Shown here piece after piece: positions 19,055 to 27,378 of a stretch of 64,000 nt of DNA (the first letter of the stretch is position 1; each line of letters begins with the position of its first letter). The translations under genes and the position numbers were made by a program. Below the pieces are notes generated by a model, which saw only the letters and a program-made list of their open reading frames with translations, had not been told where the DNA came from and did not search any database. The stretch spans positions 64,001-128,000 of the forward strand of contig CBDCQT010000013.1 in the NCBI GenBank assembly GCA_965220745.1. The letters run 5' to 3'. Source of the stretch: Alphaproteobacteria bacterium (GTDB lineage Bacteria; Pseudomonadota; Alphaproteobacteria; UBA828).

Positions 19055-19893
19055 TCGGCGGCGCGGAGGCTCTTCATGACGTCCGCTTCATTGGCGATCA
19101 GATTCTCCCCGCAATACTCCTCGAAACCCTCCTTGCTCGCCGCGAGCCGGGCGTACTCGGCCAGGTGCTCGCGGTCCGGCTCGTAGCGGCCGGCGAGGCC
19201 GAGGGGCCAGGCGCCTTGCGGGGCTTCGGCGAGCGCAGCGACGTAGAGCGCGGGCAGCGCGCCCGCGGCCAGCGTCTCGTCGGCCAGCAGGTCGCCGGGC
19301 CGTATCTCCTCGACCGTGACCAGGGTTTCCCTGGCGGCATGCGCCATGGTCACGAGCTCGCGGCGCGCGCCAAGCCAGACGTTGCCGTGCTCGTCCGCGA
19401 AGGGCGCGTGGAAGAGCGCGACATCGGGCCGGAGCGCCGGCAGCACGACGATGGGATCGCCCTCAGCTAACGGATTGTCAATCACCTGCCAGTCGGGGCG
19501 CACGCGTAGCAGGTCCGAGCCGATGAGGCCGCGCAGCGGCATGAAGGGCACGCCCTTCTCCGCCGCCTGCAACGCCGCATGAATCGCGGGGCAGGTGGAG
19601 TCGCGGATCGCCACGGCGCCGTTCTCGACCGCTACCGCGAAGCGGGGCGCGTTGCCGAGCTCGCCGAGGCTCACTGCGGCGGTCTCGACCGTGGCGACGC
19701 AGCCGGCGCCGATCAGCAGGTCTGCCGCGATGCCGGCCTGCGGCACGGTGACGAGGTGCAGGTCGCGCACGCCGTGCCGCACCAGCGCCCGCACGGCCAT
19801 CATCGGCACGAAGGAATAGTCCGGCGGCAGCGCCAGCATGGCGCCGTCGGCGATCCGGCCCGCGAGCCGGTCGAGGGAGAGGGTCTCGGTCAT
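19051..19893 (-). CDS. Family I CoA-transferase-fold alpha subunit (GctA-like)
   Basis: ADLLIGAGCV, GVPFMPLRGLIGSD, ALRPDVALFHA..ADEHGN. Start MTETL at 19893. ATGA overlap with the beta subunit. Confidence 0.85.
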   Translation of the reverse strand: MTETLSLDRLAGRIADGAMLALPPDYSFVPMMAVRALVRHGVRDLHLVTVPQAGIAADLLIGAGCVATVETAAVSLGELGNAPRFAVAVENGAVAIRDSTCPAIHAALQAAEKGVPFMPLRGLIGSDLLRVRPDWQVIDNPLAEGDPIVVLPALRPDVALFHAPFADEHGNVWLGARRELVTMAHAARETLVTVEEIRPGDLLADETLAAGALPALYVAALAEAPQGAWPLGLAGRYEPDREHLAEYARLAASKEGFEEYCGENLIANEADVMKSLRAAE

Positions 19894-19913
19894 CGGCCAC
19901 CGTGCCCCCGCGC

Positions 19914-21695
19914 TCAGAACTCCTCGGCGCCGTGGGCCATGACGGTGCCCTTGCCGGCCATGATTTTGAGGAAGAGCCCGGCGCTGTCCGGCAATACCTT
20001 CTGCACGTAGAAGCGGGCGGTCTTGAGCTTGGTGTCGTAGAAGGCGTCGCCGTTCTGCTTGTCGCGGGCACACTTCGCCATCTGACACCACATGTAGCCG
20101 ACCGCCACCAACCCGAACATCCTGAGGTAATCGGAGGCCGCAGCACCGGCCTCTTCGGGATCGCCCAGGCCGCGCTGGGCGACGACCAGCGTCGCGGTCT
20201 GCAGCTTGCCAAGCGCCTTGCCCACAGGGCCCACGATGTCCGCGAGCTCTGGGTCGTCCTTGTTCTCCTCAATGAAAGCGACGGCGGGGTGGAAGAAGTG
20301 GCGCAGGTAGCGGCCGGCTCGGCGGGGCAGCTTGCGGCCCACCAGATCGAGCGCCTGGATTCCGTTCGCGCCTTCGTAGATCTGGCTGATCCGCGCATCG
20401 CGCACCAGTTGCTCCATGCCGTGCTCGCGGATGTAGCCGTGGCCGCCATGCACCTGCACCGCGAGGTTGGTGGCCTCGAAGCCGTAGTCGGTGAAGAAGG
20501 CCTTGATGATCGGCGTCATCAGCTGCACCAGCTCGTCGGCATCCTCGCGCACCGAGGCGTCCTCGTGGCTGCGCGAGACGTCGAGCTGCAGCGCGGTCCA
20601 GTAGGCGAGCGCGCGGGCGCCCTCGTTGATGGCGCGCTGGTTGAGCAGCATGCGGCGCACGTCGGGGTGGACGATGATGGGATCGGCCGACGCCTCCGGC
20701 TCCTCGGCGCCCTTGAGCCCGCGCCCCTGGCGGCGGTCCTTCGCGTAGGCGGTCGCGCTCTGGTAGGCGGTCTCGCCCAGCCCCAGACCCTGGAGGCCGA
20801 CGCCGAGCCGCGCCCCGTTCATCATCGTGAACATGCAGCGCAGGCCCTTGTGCGGCGAGCCGATGAGGTAGCCCTCTGCCTCGTCGAAGTGCATCACGCA
20901 GGTGGCCGAGCCGTGGATGCCCATCTTCTCCTCGATCGAGCCGCAGGAGACGCCGTTGGCCGGCCCCGCCGTTCCGTCCTCCTTGAGCGTCCGCTTCGGC
21001 ACCAGGAAGAGGCTGATGCCGCGCACGCCGGGCGGGGCGTCGGGCAGCTTTGCCAGCACCAGGTGGACGATGTTTTCGGTCAGGTCGTGTTCACCGGCGG
21101 AGATGAAAATCTTGGTGCCTGAGATCGCGTAACGGCCGTCTCCCTGCGGCACCGCCTTGGTGCGGATCAGGCCCAGGTCCGTGCCGCAGTGGGGCTCGGT
21201 CAGGCACATGGTGCCGCTCCAGGTGCCGTCGCCGAGGCGGGGCAGGTAGGCCTGCTTGAGCGCCTCCGCCGCGTGCAGCTCGATCACCGTCGCAGCCCCG
21301 TTGGTGAGCAGCGGATAGACGCCGAAGGCCAAATTCGTCGAGCAGACCATCTCGTCGAAGACCATGCTGATGAGCTGCGGCAGCCCCTTGCCGCCGTAGT
21401 CCGGCGACAGCGTGACGCCGGTCCAGCCGGCATCGACGAAGGTCTTGTAGGCCTCCTTGTAGCCCTGCGGTGTGCGCACCACGCCGTTCTCGTAGTGGCA
21501 GCCTTCCTCGTCCGCCGGGCGGTTGAGCGGCAGCAGCGTGTTCTCGCAGAGCTTGGCGCCTTCCTCGATCATGGCGTCGATCACGTCGGGCGTCGCGTCC
21601 TCGTAGCCGGGCAGCGTCGCGATCTCGCCCACGTCGAGCAGCTCGTTGAGCACGAAGCGCATGTCGCGCAGCGGCGCGCTATAGGTTTGCACCAT
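19914..21695 (-). CDS. Acyl-CoA dehydrogenase (~590-aa DmdC-like type)
   Basis: GTMCLTEPHCGTDLG, GTKIFISAGEHD, EEKMGIHGSATC, QVHGGHGYI, IYEGANGIQ. Confidence 0.95.
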   Translation of the reverse strand: MVQTYSAPLRDMRFVLNELLDVGEIATLPGYEDATPDVIDAMIEEGAKLCENTLLPLNRPADEEGCHYENGVVRTPQGYKEAYKTFVDAGWTGVTLSPDYGGKGLPQLISMVFDEMVCSTNLAFGVYPLLTNGAATVIELHAAEALKQAYLPRLGDGTWSGTMCLTEPHCGTDLGLIRTKAVPQGDGRYAISGTKIFISAGEHDLTENIVHLVLAKLPDAPPGVRGISLFLVPKRTLKEDGTAGPANGVSCGSIEEKMGIHGSATCVMHFDEAEGYLIGSPHKGLRCMFTMMNGARLGVGLQGLGLGETAYQSATAYAKDRRQGRGLKGAEEPEASADPIIVHPDVRRMLLNQRAINEGARALAYWTALQLDVSRSHEDASVREDADELVQLMTPIIKAFFTDYGFEATNLAVQVHGGHGYIREHGMEQLVRDARISQIYEGANGIQALDLVGRKLPRRAGRYLRHFFHPAVAFIEENKDDPELADIVGPVGKALGKLQTATLVVAQRGLGDPEEAGAAASDYLRMFGLVAVGYMWCQMAKCARDKQNGDAFYDTKLKTARFYVQKVLPDSAGLFLKIMAGKGTVMAHGAEEF

Positions 21696-21725
21696 CGTTT
21701 CTCTCCATTCTCCGAAACACTGCGC

Positions 21726-22994
21726 TCAGTTGCCGAGCGTGAGGTCGACCGACTGGCCCATTACCGTGCGGGCAGCCGGCGTGGTCGCGGCGACCAGCTT
21801 GCCGCGCTTGAAGACGTGGGTGCACGCCGGGTTGATCCGCAGCACGTCCGCCTTGCTGCTGGCGTCGAACACCGCGAGGTCGGCCTGGCAGCCGGGGGCC
21901 ACGCCGTAATCGTCCAGCGCGAGGATCTCGGCGTTCTTCCAGGTCACCATGTCGAAGCAGGCGTCGATTTCCGCCGTGCCCGACATCTGGCAGACGTGCA
22001 GCGCCACCGAGGCCGCCTGCACCATGTCGCCCCGGCCAAGCGGATACCACGGGTCCATGATGGAATCGTGGCCGATGCCGACCGTGATCCCGGCTTCCCA
22101 GAGCTCCTTCACGCGAGTCATCGCGCGGCGCTTGGGGTAGCTGTCCTCCCGCGCCAGCAGGATCAGGTTGTCGAAGGGGTTGGCGATGACGTTGAGCCCG
22201 CCCTTCTCGAGCCAGCCGAACAGGCGGAAGGCGTAGGCGTTGGCGTAGGAGTGCATGGCCGCGCAGTGGCTCGCGGTCACGCGGCCCTGCATGCCCCTGT
22301 AATACGTCTCGTGCGCCATCACTTCGGTGAAGCGCGAGTTGGGGTCGTCGACCTCGTCGCAGTGGGCGTCGATCAGGAGGCCCCGCTTCTCCGCCTCGTC
22401 GAAGATCAGCTTGAGGCTGGCGACGCCCGCCTCGCGCGTCGCCTCGTTGTGCGGGATGCCGCCGATCACGTCCGGCCCCATGTCCAGCGCACGGATGAAC
22501 AGTTCCGGCCCTCCGGGGTGGGAGTGGATGCCGTCCTGGGGGAAAGCCACGATCTGCAGGTCCACCCGGTCGCTCACCTCGTCCTTGACCTCCAGCAGGG
22601 CCCGCATCGAGAGCTGGCCTTCGTCCGAGGTGTCGGCGTGGGTGCGGATGAAGCCCGCGCCCTGGGCGACCTCCCAGTCAATCGCCTGCCTGGCCCGCGC
22701 CTTGACCGATTCGAGGTCGCGGATCTTCTTCTGCTTGGCCCAATTGGCGATGCCCTCGTGCAGCGTGCCGGTGACGTTGGGCTCCAAGTTCGCCGTGAGC
22801 ACCGCGTCAAGATGGACATGCGGGTCGATCAGCGGGCCCGAGACCAGCCTGCTGCCGCAGTCGATCGTCTCGCCGGCCTCCGCCGTGATGTCCGGCTCGA
22901 CCGCCACGATGCGCGCGCCCTCGATGGCGATGTCGGCCGCGCGCACGGGCTGGTCCTCGTGCGCCACGAGAGCGTTCTTCAGAATGATGTCCAT
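21726..22994 (-). CDS. codA: Bacterial cytosine/creatinine deaminase (amidohydrolase superfamily)
   Basis: DPHVHLD, QIVAFPQDG, DAHCDE, TASHC, GHDSIMDPWYPLG. Start MDIILKN at 22994. Confidence 0.88.
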   Translation of the reverse strand: MDIILKNALVAHEDQPVRAADIAIEGARIVAVEPDITAEAGETIDCGSRLVSGPLIDPHVHLDAVLTANLEPNVTGTLHEGIANWAKQKKIRDLESVKARARQAIDWEVAQGAGFIRTHADTSDEGQLSMRALLEVKDEVSDRVDLQIVAFPQDGIHSHPGGPELFIRALDMGPDVIGGIPHNEATREAGVASLKLIFDEAEKRGLLIDAHCDEVDDPNSRFTEVMAHETYYRGMQGRVTASHCAAMHSYANAYAFRLFGWLEKGGLNVIANPFDNLILLAREDSYPKRRAMTRVKELWEAGITVGIGHDSIMDPWYPLGRGDMVQAASVALHVCQMSGTAEIDACFDMVTWKNAEILALDDYGVAPGCQADLAVFDASSKADVLRINPACTHVFKRGKLVAATTPAARTVMGQSVDLTLGN

Positions 22995-23144
22995 ACCCGG
23001 CTGTCCCCCATGTGGGCACGAGGCCCGCGTCTCACAAGCGCCGACATTTTCGCCCAAGGCGCGCGCGACCGCCAGCCGCGCGCGCCGCGGCGTTATCCGC
23101 TACATTGGATCACCATACGCTCCGAGTAGCCGGGAATCGGACAG

Positions 23145-23357
23145 ATGGAACTTGCCAAGATCGGCGCACGCGGTCGGGCGACGATCCCAAAGAGCATTCG
23201 GGACGCAGCAGGCCTGCGCGAGGGCGATGTGATCGCATTCGTGTTCGATGGCGGCCGCCTGGTAGTCCACAAGGTGGTTCCGGGACGGGACGAATTCCTG
23301 CATGGCCTCGGGGGGCTGATGGGCGAATGGCTTTCGTTCGAGGACGAAGAAACCTAG
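23145..23357 (+). CDS. AbrB/MazE/SpoVT-family DNA-binding protein (orphan antitoxin-like; possibly premature amber stop)
   Basis: AKIGARGRATIPKSIRDAAGLREGDVIAF swapped-hairpin pattern. Ends EWLSFEDEET*, followed in frame by RSL*. Confidence 0.8.
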   Translation: MELAKIGARGRATIPKSIRDAAGLREGDVIAFVFDGGRLVVHKVVPGRDEFLHGLGGLMGEWLSFEDEET

Positions 23358-23359
23358 CG

Positions 23360-23690
23360 TAGCCTCTGAACCCCATTCCCCGATCATGTGTTCATTCCAG
23401 ATATCTTTATCGCAGTAGACGGTAGCAGCTTTTTCGGTGGTGAACACACTGTCATGGATAGCATCCCACAGTACTGAAGACTTGAAGTCCCAAGGATGGG
23501 AGCGATTATCCGACGCCGACAGTACCTTCAATTTACAGTCCCATACGTGGATTGTATTTTCGACTTCACCTTCCTTACCGTCTGTAATGCGAATCAATCC
23601 GAGTTTCTGCATTGCGAAGGATTGTGGAGTCAGATAGCTCTTGGGAGATTCGAGTACCTCCGCCAGCTTGCGGTAAACCCTCTTCTATAC
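23360..23690 (-). pseudogene. Low-GC ORF fragment of unknown function
   Basis: Open frame KRVYRKLAEVLESPKSYLTPQSFAMQKLGLIRIT...EWGSEA downstream of bmt. There is a stop near its 5' end, and its 3' end runs antisense into the AbrB gene. Confidence 0.3.
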
Positions 23691-23701
23691 ACCGACATGT
23701 G

Positions 23702-24760
23702 TCACGATTTGCCTCTCCTATTTGCCCGTGATTTACTGGTGCGGCGCTTGAGGGGCTGAGTCAAATCAGAGCGAGACAGCCCTAACTCGGCATCGATAAC
23801 GCTGAGGTTCACAGGGAATGGGGTGTAGCACTCAAGTTCCTCCTTGAGTATACGTATGCGGTCAGGAGTAAAGCCGCAGCACCCTCCTATGATTCGTGCT
23901 CCAGCATCTTTGGAAAGTCTGGCGTACTTACGCACGTCGTTGTCAGTACCCGAATAACACACCTTCCCTTTCACCAACTTAGGGACGCCGCAATTCGACT
24001 TGACGACTAAGATTTCGTTCTTATTTACTTCGTGCATCTCCATGATAGAGGCCACGGTATCACCAAATCCTCCTCCACAGTTCGCGCCAAAAGCTGCTAC
24101 ATCTATAGCATTAAGTGTGAAATATACAGCTACATCTTGCGGAGTTAGACCCATCATGGTGAAACCGTTGGTGTCAAAGGACATGGTGCATACAATGGGC
24201 AGGCCAGTGCTGCGAGCCCCTAGAATAGCGGCTTCCACCTCCGCCAAAGATGACATGGTTTCGATCCAGATAATATCAGCGGAACCTTTTTGTAGAGAGA
24301 TTGCTTGATTTTTGAATGCCTCGACCGCATCTTCGTGAGTCAAGGTGCCGATAGAAGCTGCTTCCCCCGAAGTAGACAAGACAATCTCGCCGGTTGGTCC
24401 CATGCACCCTGCTACCAACATCGGCCTATCCGCCTCACTTACCACCTTACGGGCTAGTAAAGCGGCTTCCTTATTCAGCTCGAATACCCGGTCTTCGGAG
24501 CCATGGAGCTTCATCCTGTAGGCATTGCCACCGAAACTGTTGGTCAGTAGGATGTCAGCTCCAGCATATCTCATGGCTTCATGGTTGCCGATCACCAGCC
24601 AGGGCTTATCGAAATTCCATAGCTCAGGAGGATCGCCCGACTCCAAGCCTAGCTCAAAGAGGTTGGTAGCCGTGGCGCCGTCGGCAATCAAATTCTCCTT
24701 CTCATCGAGCAGGAACCGCAATCTCTCATGGTTAGGTATGTTGCGAAACTGCATGTCCAT
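23702..24760 (-). CDS. bmt: Stand-alone homocysteine S-methyltransferase domain protein (Bmt / split-MetH-like), low GC
   Basis: ADGATATNLF, PELWN, LTNSFGGN, MGPTG, IETMSS, GANCG and GGCCG Zn ligands. Confidence 0.85.
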   Translation of the reverse strand: MDMQFRNIPNHERLRFLLDEKENLIADGATATNLFELGLESGDPPELWNFDKPWLVIGNHEAMRYAGADILLTNSFGGNAYRMKLHGSEDRVFELNKEAALLARKVVSEADRPMLVAGCMGPTGEIVLSTSGEAASIGTLTHEDAVEAFKNQAISLQKGSADIIWIETMSSLAEVEAAILGARSTGLPIVCTMSFDTNGFTMMGLTPQDVAVYFTLNAIDVAAFGANCGGGFGDTVASIMEMHEVNKNEILVVKSNCGVPKLVKGKVCYSGTDNDVRKYARLSKDAGARIIGGCCGFTPDRIRILKEELECYTPFPVNLSVIDAELGLSRSDLTQPLKRRTSKSRANRRGKS

Positions 24761-25120
24761 CTCCTATCACGAACACATAGCGGAGGCTCGAATGAAACCT
24801 CCACTGTGTTGATGTTCCGTGCGTGAAGGCCAGTCATTCTTCTTAGGCTAGCGTAGCTTTCTCTTGCCCTTATTAGTCTTAGCTTTGACCCTATTGCCTT
24901 GGAAATTGATGGTGGACGTATAGTGCTACATCCGAATGGCTTTGCCCCCCTTCAACCCTAACGTAGCAGGTTCCGTAGTAGACAGCGCCTCCTATACGTA
25001 GCGGTACCGTGGAATCAATTGGAGTAACCTTACACTCATTCCCCACCGAGTCGCGACCAGCGATGCAAGGGACGTGCGCTCTTGGCCCCAGCCTGTGGAG
25101 CGACCGTGATGCCGCCCTGT

Positions 25121-25208
25121 CCCCTCCTCCCGGGAGGAGGGGGAACAAAGGCGGCGCTGGCGCTCTCTCCCTCTCCTCCCCGCCGGGAGGGCCGGGGTGA
25201 GGGTGGGG
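25121..25208. repeat. CIR/RIME/REP-like palindromic intergenic repeat
   Basis: Perfect 22-bp palindrome cccctcctcccgggaggagggg (25121-25142), followed by ccctctcctccccgccgggagggccggggtgagggtgggg. Confidence 0.65.
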
Positions 25209-25277
25209 CCGAAAGCCGCGTGACGAAGGGGCCTGGACAACCCGGATTCCCCGTCGGAATCGCGGCCTGCGCCACCC

Positions 25278-26075
25278 TCAGCCGCCCGCTTGCGCCAGAG
25301 CCTCTCGCAGTAGCCCGTGCAGGTGGCCGTTGGCGGCCAGCACGTCGCCGCTGGTCATCGAGTCCGCGCCGCCGCCGACCTCGGTCACGATGCCGCCGGC
25401 CTCGCGCACGATGATGATCCCGGCCGCGAGGTCCCAGGGCTCCATGCCGAAGCCCCAGTACCCGTCGAGCCGTCCCGCTGCGACGTAGGCGAGGTCGAGC
25501 GCCGTCGAGCCCGTCCGGCGCACGCCCGCCGTCTCGCCGGCGAGGCGGCGCACCATGTCGGGATGGCCCGGATAACGCGGCCGCGCGCCGAAGGGCAGCC
25601 CGGTCGCGAGCAGCGCGCTGGGCAGCGCGCGCCGGGCCGAGACCCTGAGCCGCTGGTTGTTGATGAAGGCGCCGGCGCCGTTCTCCGCCCAGAACAGCTC
25701 GTCGCGCACCGGATCGTAGATCACGCCGGCGTAAGGTTTGCCGTCGCGCTCCAGCCCGATCGAGATGGCGAAATGAGGCAGCCCGTGCAGGAAGTTGGTG
25801 GTGCCGTCCAGCGGGTCGACGACCCAGCGGTTGGAGCTGTCCTCGCCCTCGATGGCGCCGCCTTCCTCCAGCAGGAAGCCGAAGCGGGGGCGCGCCCGGC
25901 CAAGCTCCGCGACCAGCGTCTTCTCGGCCCGGTGATCGGCCGCCGAGACGAAATCAGCGGGCCCCTTTTGCGAGACCTGCAGGTTCTCGACCTCGCCGAA
26001 GTCGCGGATCAGGTCGCGCGCCGCCTTGTAGGCGGCATTGACCATGACCGTGATCAGCGGCGAGCGGCGGGACAT
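25278..26075 (-). CDS. suhB: Inositol monophosphatase family protein SuhB
   Basis: RDFGEVENLQVSQKGPADFVS, WVVDPLDGTTNFLHG, WDLAAG. Confidence 0.93.
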   Translation of the reverse strand: MSRRSPLITVMVNAAYKAARDLIRDFGEVENLQVSQKGPADFVSAADHRAEKTLVAELGRARPRFGFLLEEGGAIEGEDSSNRWVVDPLDGTTNFLHGLPHFAISIGLERDGKPYAGVIYDPVRDELFWAENGAGAFINNQRLRVSARRALPSALLATGLPFGARPRYPGHPDMVRRLAGETAGVRRTGSTALDLAYVAAGRLDGYWGFGMEPWDLAAGIIIVREAGGIVTEVGGGADSMTSGDVLAANGHLHGLLREALAQAGG

Positions 26076-26138
26076 GGCGTGGCAATCGTCGTGTAAAGGA
26101 GGGAAAGCGGGCGCTGGCGGCGCCCACGGGCCGAACGG

Positions 26139-26705
26139 TCAGCCGCGGGCGCGCTCGACATAGGTCGAATCGGCGGTGCTCACCACCACGCGCTCGCCCT
26201 CGGAGATGTGGGGCGGCACCATCGTCCTGATGCCGTTGTCGAGCAGCGCCGGCTTGTAGGAGGCCGCGGCCGTCTGGCCCTTCACCACCGGCTCGGTCTC
26301 GGTGACTGTCTGCACCACCGTGTCCGGCAGCGTCACCCCGATCGGGTCGCCTTCATAGGATTCGATGGTGACGATCATGCCCTCGTGCATGAAGACCATC
26401 CGCTCGCCGATCAGGTCGCGGGCGAGGCTGGACTGCTCGTAGGTGTCCTGATCCATGAAGTGGAGCAGGTCGCCATCCTCGTAGAGGTACTGGTATTGCT
26501 TCTGGTCGAGGCGCACACGCTCGACGTTCTCGGACGCCCGGAAGCGCTCGTTGAGCTTGGTGCCGTCGCGCAGGTTCTTGAGCTCGACCTGGAGGTAGGC
26601 GCCGCCCTTGCCGGGCTGGGTGTGCTGAATTTTCACCGCGACCCAGAGGCGATCCTGATGCTCGATCACCATGCCGGGGCGGATGGCGTTGCCGTTGATC
26701 TTCAT
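26139..26705 (-). CDS. efp: Elongation factor P
   Basis: [37 protein letters not shown]. Confidence 0.97.
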   Translation of the reverse strand: MKINGNAIRPGMVIEHQDRLWVAVKIQHTQPGKGGAYLQVELKNLRDGTKLNERFRASENVERVRLDQKQYQYLYEDGDLLHFMDQDTYEQSSLARDLIGERMVFMHEGMIVTIESYEGDPIGVTLPDTVVQTVTETEPVVKGQTAAASYKPALLDNGIRTMVPPHISEGERVVVSTADSTYVERARG

Positions 26706-26739
26706 GGGTTCTGCTGCTGGAGAGAGGCCGCAGGCTATA

Positions 26740-27378
26740 TCAACTCGTCTCTGCGCTGGCAATGGCGCGGTTGATCGCCTTGACGCCGGCCTCCGGTCCG
26801 TCCGGATGCGACCAGACCCCGCCGATCACGGCGAGGAAGTCGGCGCCGTTCTCCACCAGCGGCCCGCAGTTCTCGGCCGTGATGCCGCCGATGGCGACGC
26901 AAGGCACGACCATGAGGGTGCTCCACCACTTGAGCAGGTGGGTGTCCGCCTTCGCGCGCGGTGTCTTGGTCTCGGTGGGGAAGAAGGCGCCGAAGGCCAC
27001 GTAGTCGGCGCCCGAGGCCGCAGCCTCCATGGCGCGGTGGCGGGAATCGTAGCAGCTCACGCCCACCATCCCGTCCGTGCCCAGCCGCTCGCGCGCTTCC
27101 GTATAGCTCGCGTCGTCGGCGCCGACATGGGCGCCGTCTGCACCGATTGCAGCCGCCAGATCGGGCCGGTCGTTGATGAGCAGCGGCACCTCGCGCGTCC
27201 GGCAAATCGGCAGCAGGCGCTCTCCCGCCCGGCGCACCGCATCGTCGTCGGCCTCCTTCAGCCGGAGTTGGAGGCAGGCGACATCGCCCGCGTCGAGCGC
27301 CGCCTCGAGCGCGGGCGTGAAGGTCTCCAGTTCAAACTCGGGCGGGGTGATCAGGTAGAGCCGGCACGGGTCTCTCAT
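26740..27378 (-). CDS. thiE: Thiamine phosphate synthase
   Basis: [38 protein letters not shown]. Confidence 0.93.
   Translation of the reverse strand: MRDPCRLYLITPPEFELETFTPALEAALDAGDVACLQLRLKEADDDAVRRAGERLLPICRTREVPLLINDRPDLAAAIGADGAHVGADDASYTEARERLGTDGMVGVSCYDSRHRAMEAAASGADYVAFGAFFPTETKTPRAKADTHLLKWWSTLMVVPCVAIGGITAENCGPLVENGADFLAVIGGVWSHPDGPEAGVKAINRAIASAETS

Noticed and set aside
21189-23129. 646-aa plus-strand ORF
   Set aside because: Antisense shadow of codA and the acyl-CoA dehydrogenase, typical of high-GC codon bias.
24887-24931. Peptide DPIALEIDGGRIVLH resembling the AbrB segment DVIAFVFDGGRLVVH, suggesting a second degenerate antitoxin
   Set aside because: Only 15 residues, flanked by stops, no start codon and no N-terminal AbrB motif; cannot be told from chance without a search.
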